Program-made: the position numbers and the translations under genes
Source: Raja brachyura
Lineage: Eukaryota
DNA length: 64,000 nt
Assembly: GCA_963514005.1 (NCBI GenBank)
Contig: OY740804.1
Span: 5,518,001 to 5,582,000 of the forward strand
Reading direction: 5' to 3'
The notes under the pieces: model-generated
Databases searched by the model: none
The model's input: only the letters and a program-made list of their open reading frames with translations
Told to the model about the DNA's origin: nothing
In this document: positions 62,907 through 64,000 of the stretch, piece after piece
Numbering within the stretch: the first letter of the stretch is position 1
How the letters are laid out: the number at the start of each line of letters is the position of its first letter

Positions 62907-64000
62907 TGTTTTATCCATAGTGACAAGGCCAGCACTTGTCTGCCTGTCGCTCGGGTTTGAGCTGTCAGATTAAACCGTATCTCTCAATTAGCAATGAGGA
63001 GGAAGGGAACTGGACGTCAGATCCTGAACCACAGCGAGCCAGCAGCAGCTCGACACGTTACAGTGTGAAAGGCTCATGGTTATATTTCGCAAATGTTTGG
63101 GTCAGATAATCACAGTCATACAACAAGGAAACAGGCCCTTGTCCCAAACTCGTTAGACCAATATGCTCATCTAAGTTTTTCAAAATTGCCCCCGTTCGAC
63201 CCATATCTCCCCAAACCTTCCCCATCCATGGGCCTGTCCAAGTGTCCGTTACATGTCGTTATTGCAGGTGCTTCAACCACTTCGTCAAGTGTGATGTATT
63301 CGTAAAGATGGAGCGGCGGTTATCTCTGTACTGAGAGTCTGTTAACAGTGGGAGACTAAAAAATGCAGGAGCAACTCAGCGGGCCAGTCAGCACCTCTGG
63401 AGAAAGTGGATTGGTGACGTTTCGGGTCGGGACCCCTCATGTGAACTATAATAGTTTGGATCAATTATGATACTTAGAAGAGTAGAAACGCATAAGATGT
63501 GTACACCCCCGGATCATTCCCGCTTGATGATTTTGTAAATGGACTGGCAGATCAAAAATATAATCATTGGAACTTTTGTTTTGGCATATTACTGTTGACA
63601 AGGAGCAAAACAGGAAGCTGGCGTTAGAAAGTAGGGGCTTTTCACCTGAAATCAGCTGAGGTTAATTGGAGTTTGACCCTCTCCTCTCTGCTTCAACTCT
63701 TCAATTCAAACTTTGAAACACTATTGTCATGATATTCACATATTGAAAATGACAATTAATGGTGTAGTGGACTGTGAAGGACTTTGTCTAAAATTACCAC
63801 AGGATGGAGATGAGCTGGGAAAGCGGGATGTGGAATGTGACTGACACGTGTAATGTAACTTAAACAAGCGCGAAGTGATACACTCAGTGAAATTAAAGCA
63901 AGGAAGAATATGTATGGTGAATTGAATTTTTAACCTGTCTTCTTTGCCATTCAGAGCTAATAAATTAGCAAAGTTGTGTTCATGTACATTCTATTGGATG

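Overview
Repeat-rich eukaryotic DNA, most likely from a cartilaginous fish (skate/ray). This is inferred from HE1/V-SINE-type, CR1, Penelope and DIRS repeats. The window holds a tandem cluster of four minus-strand immunoglobulin-superfamily receptor units, here called A-D, of the CD300/pIgR/TREM-like type and probably related to skate MDIRs. They are built from a 37-nt leader exon, phase-1 V exons and phase-1 FcR/FCRL-like C2 exons. A = L-V-mucin stalk-neutral TM-tail, running off the window. B = L-(V deleted)-C2-V-C2-stalk-neutral TM-ITIM/ITSM tail (inhibitory). C = L-V-C2-V-(dead C2), with no TM of its own. D = L-V-C2-stalk-Arg TM-short tail (activating type). Notable structure: complementary lesions in B and C that allow a six-domain read-through receptor; inverted fossil ITIM-tail exons in two introns; a near-intact CR1 LINE with 80-bp 5' monomers, nested in an L1 inside the 3' UTR of D; and many short Penelope-derived elements with hammerhead-ribozyme cores. 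All exon models were read by eye from splice sites and frame phase and have no transcript support.
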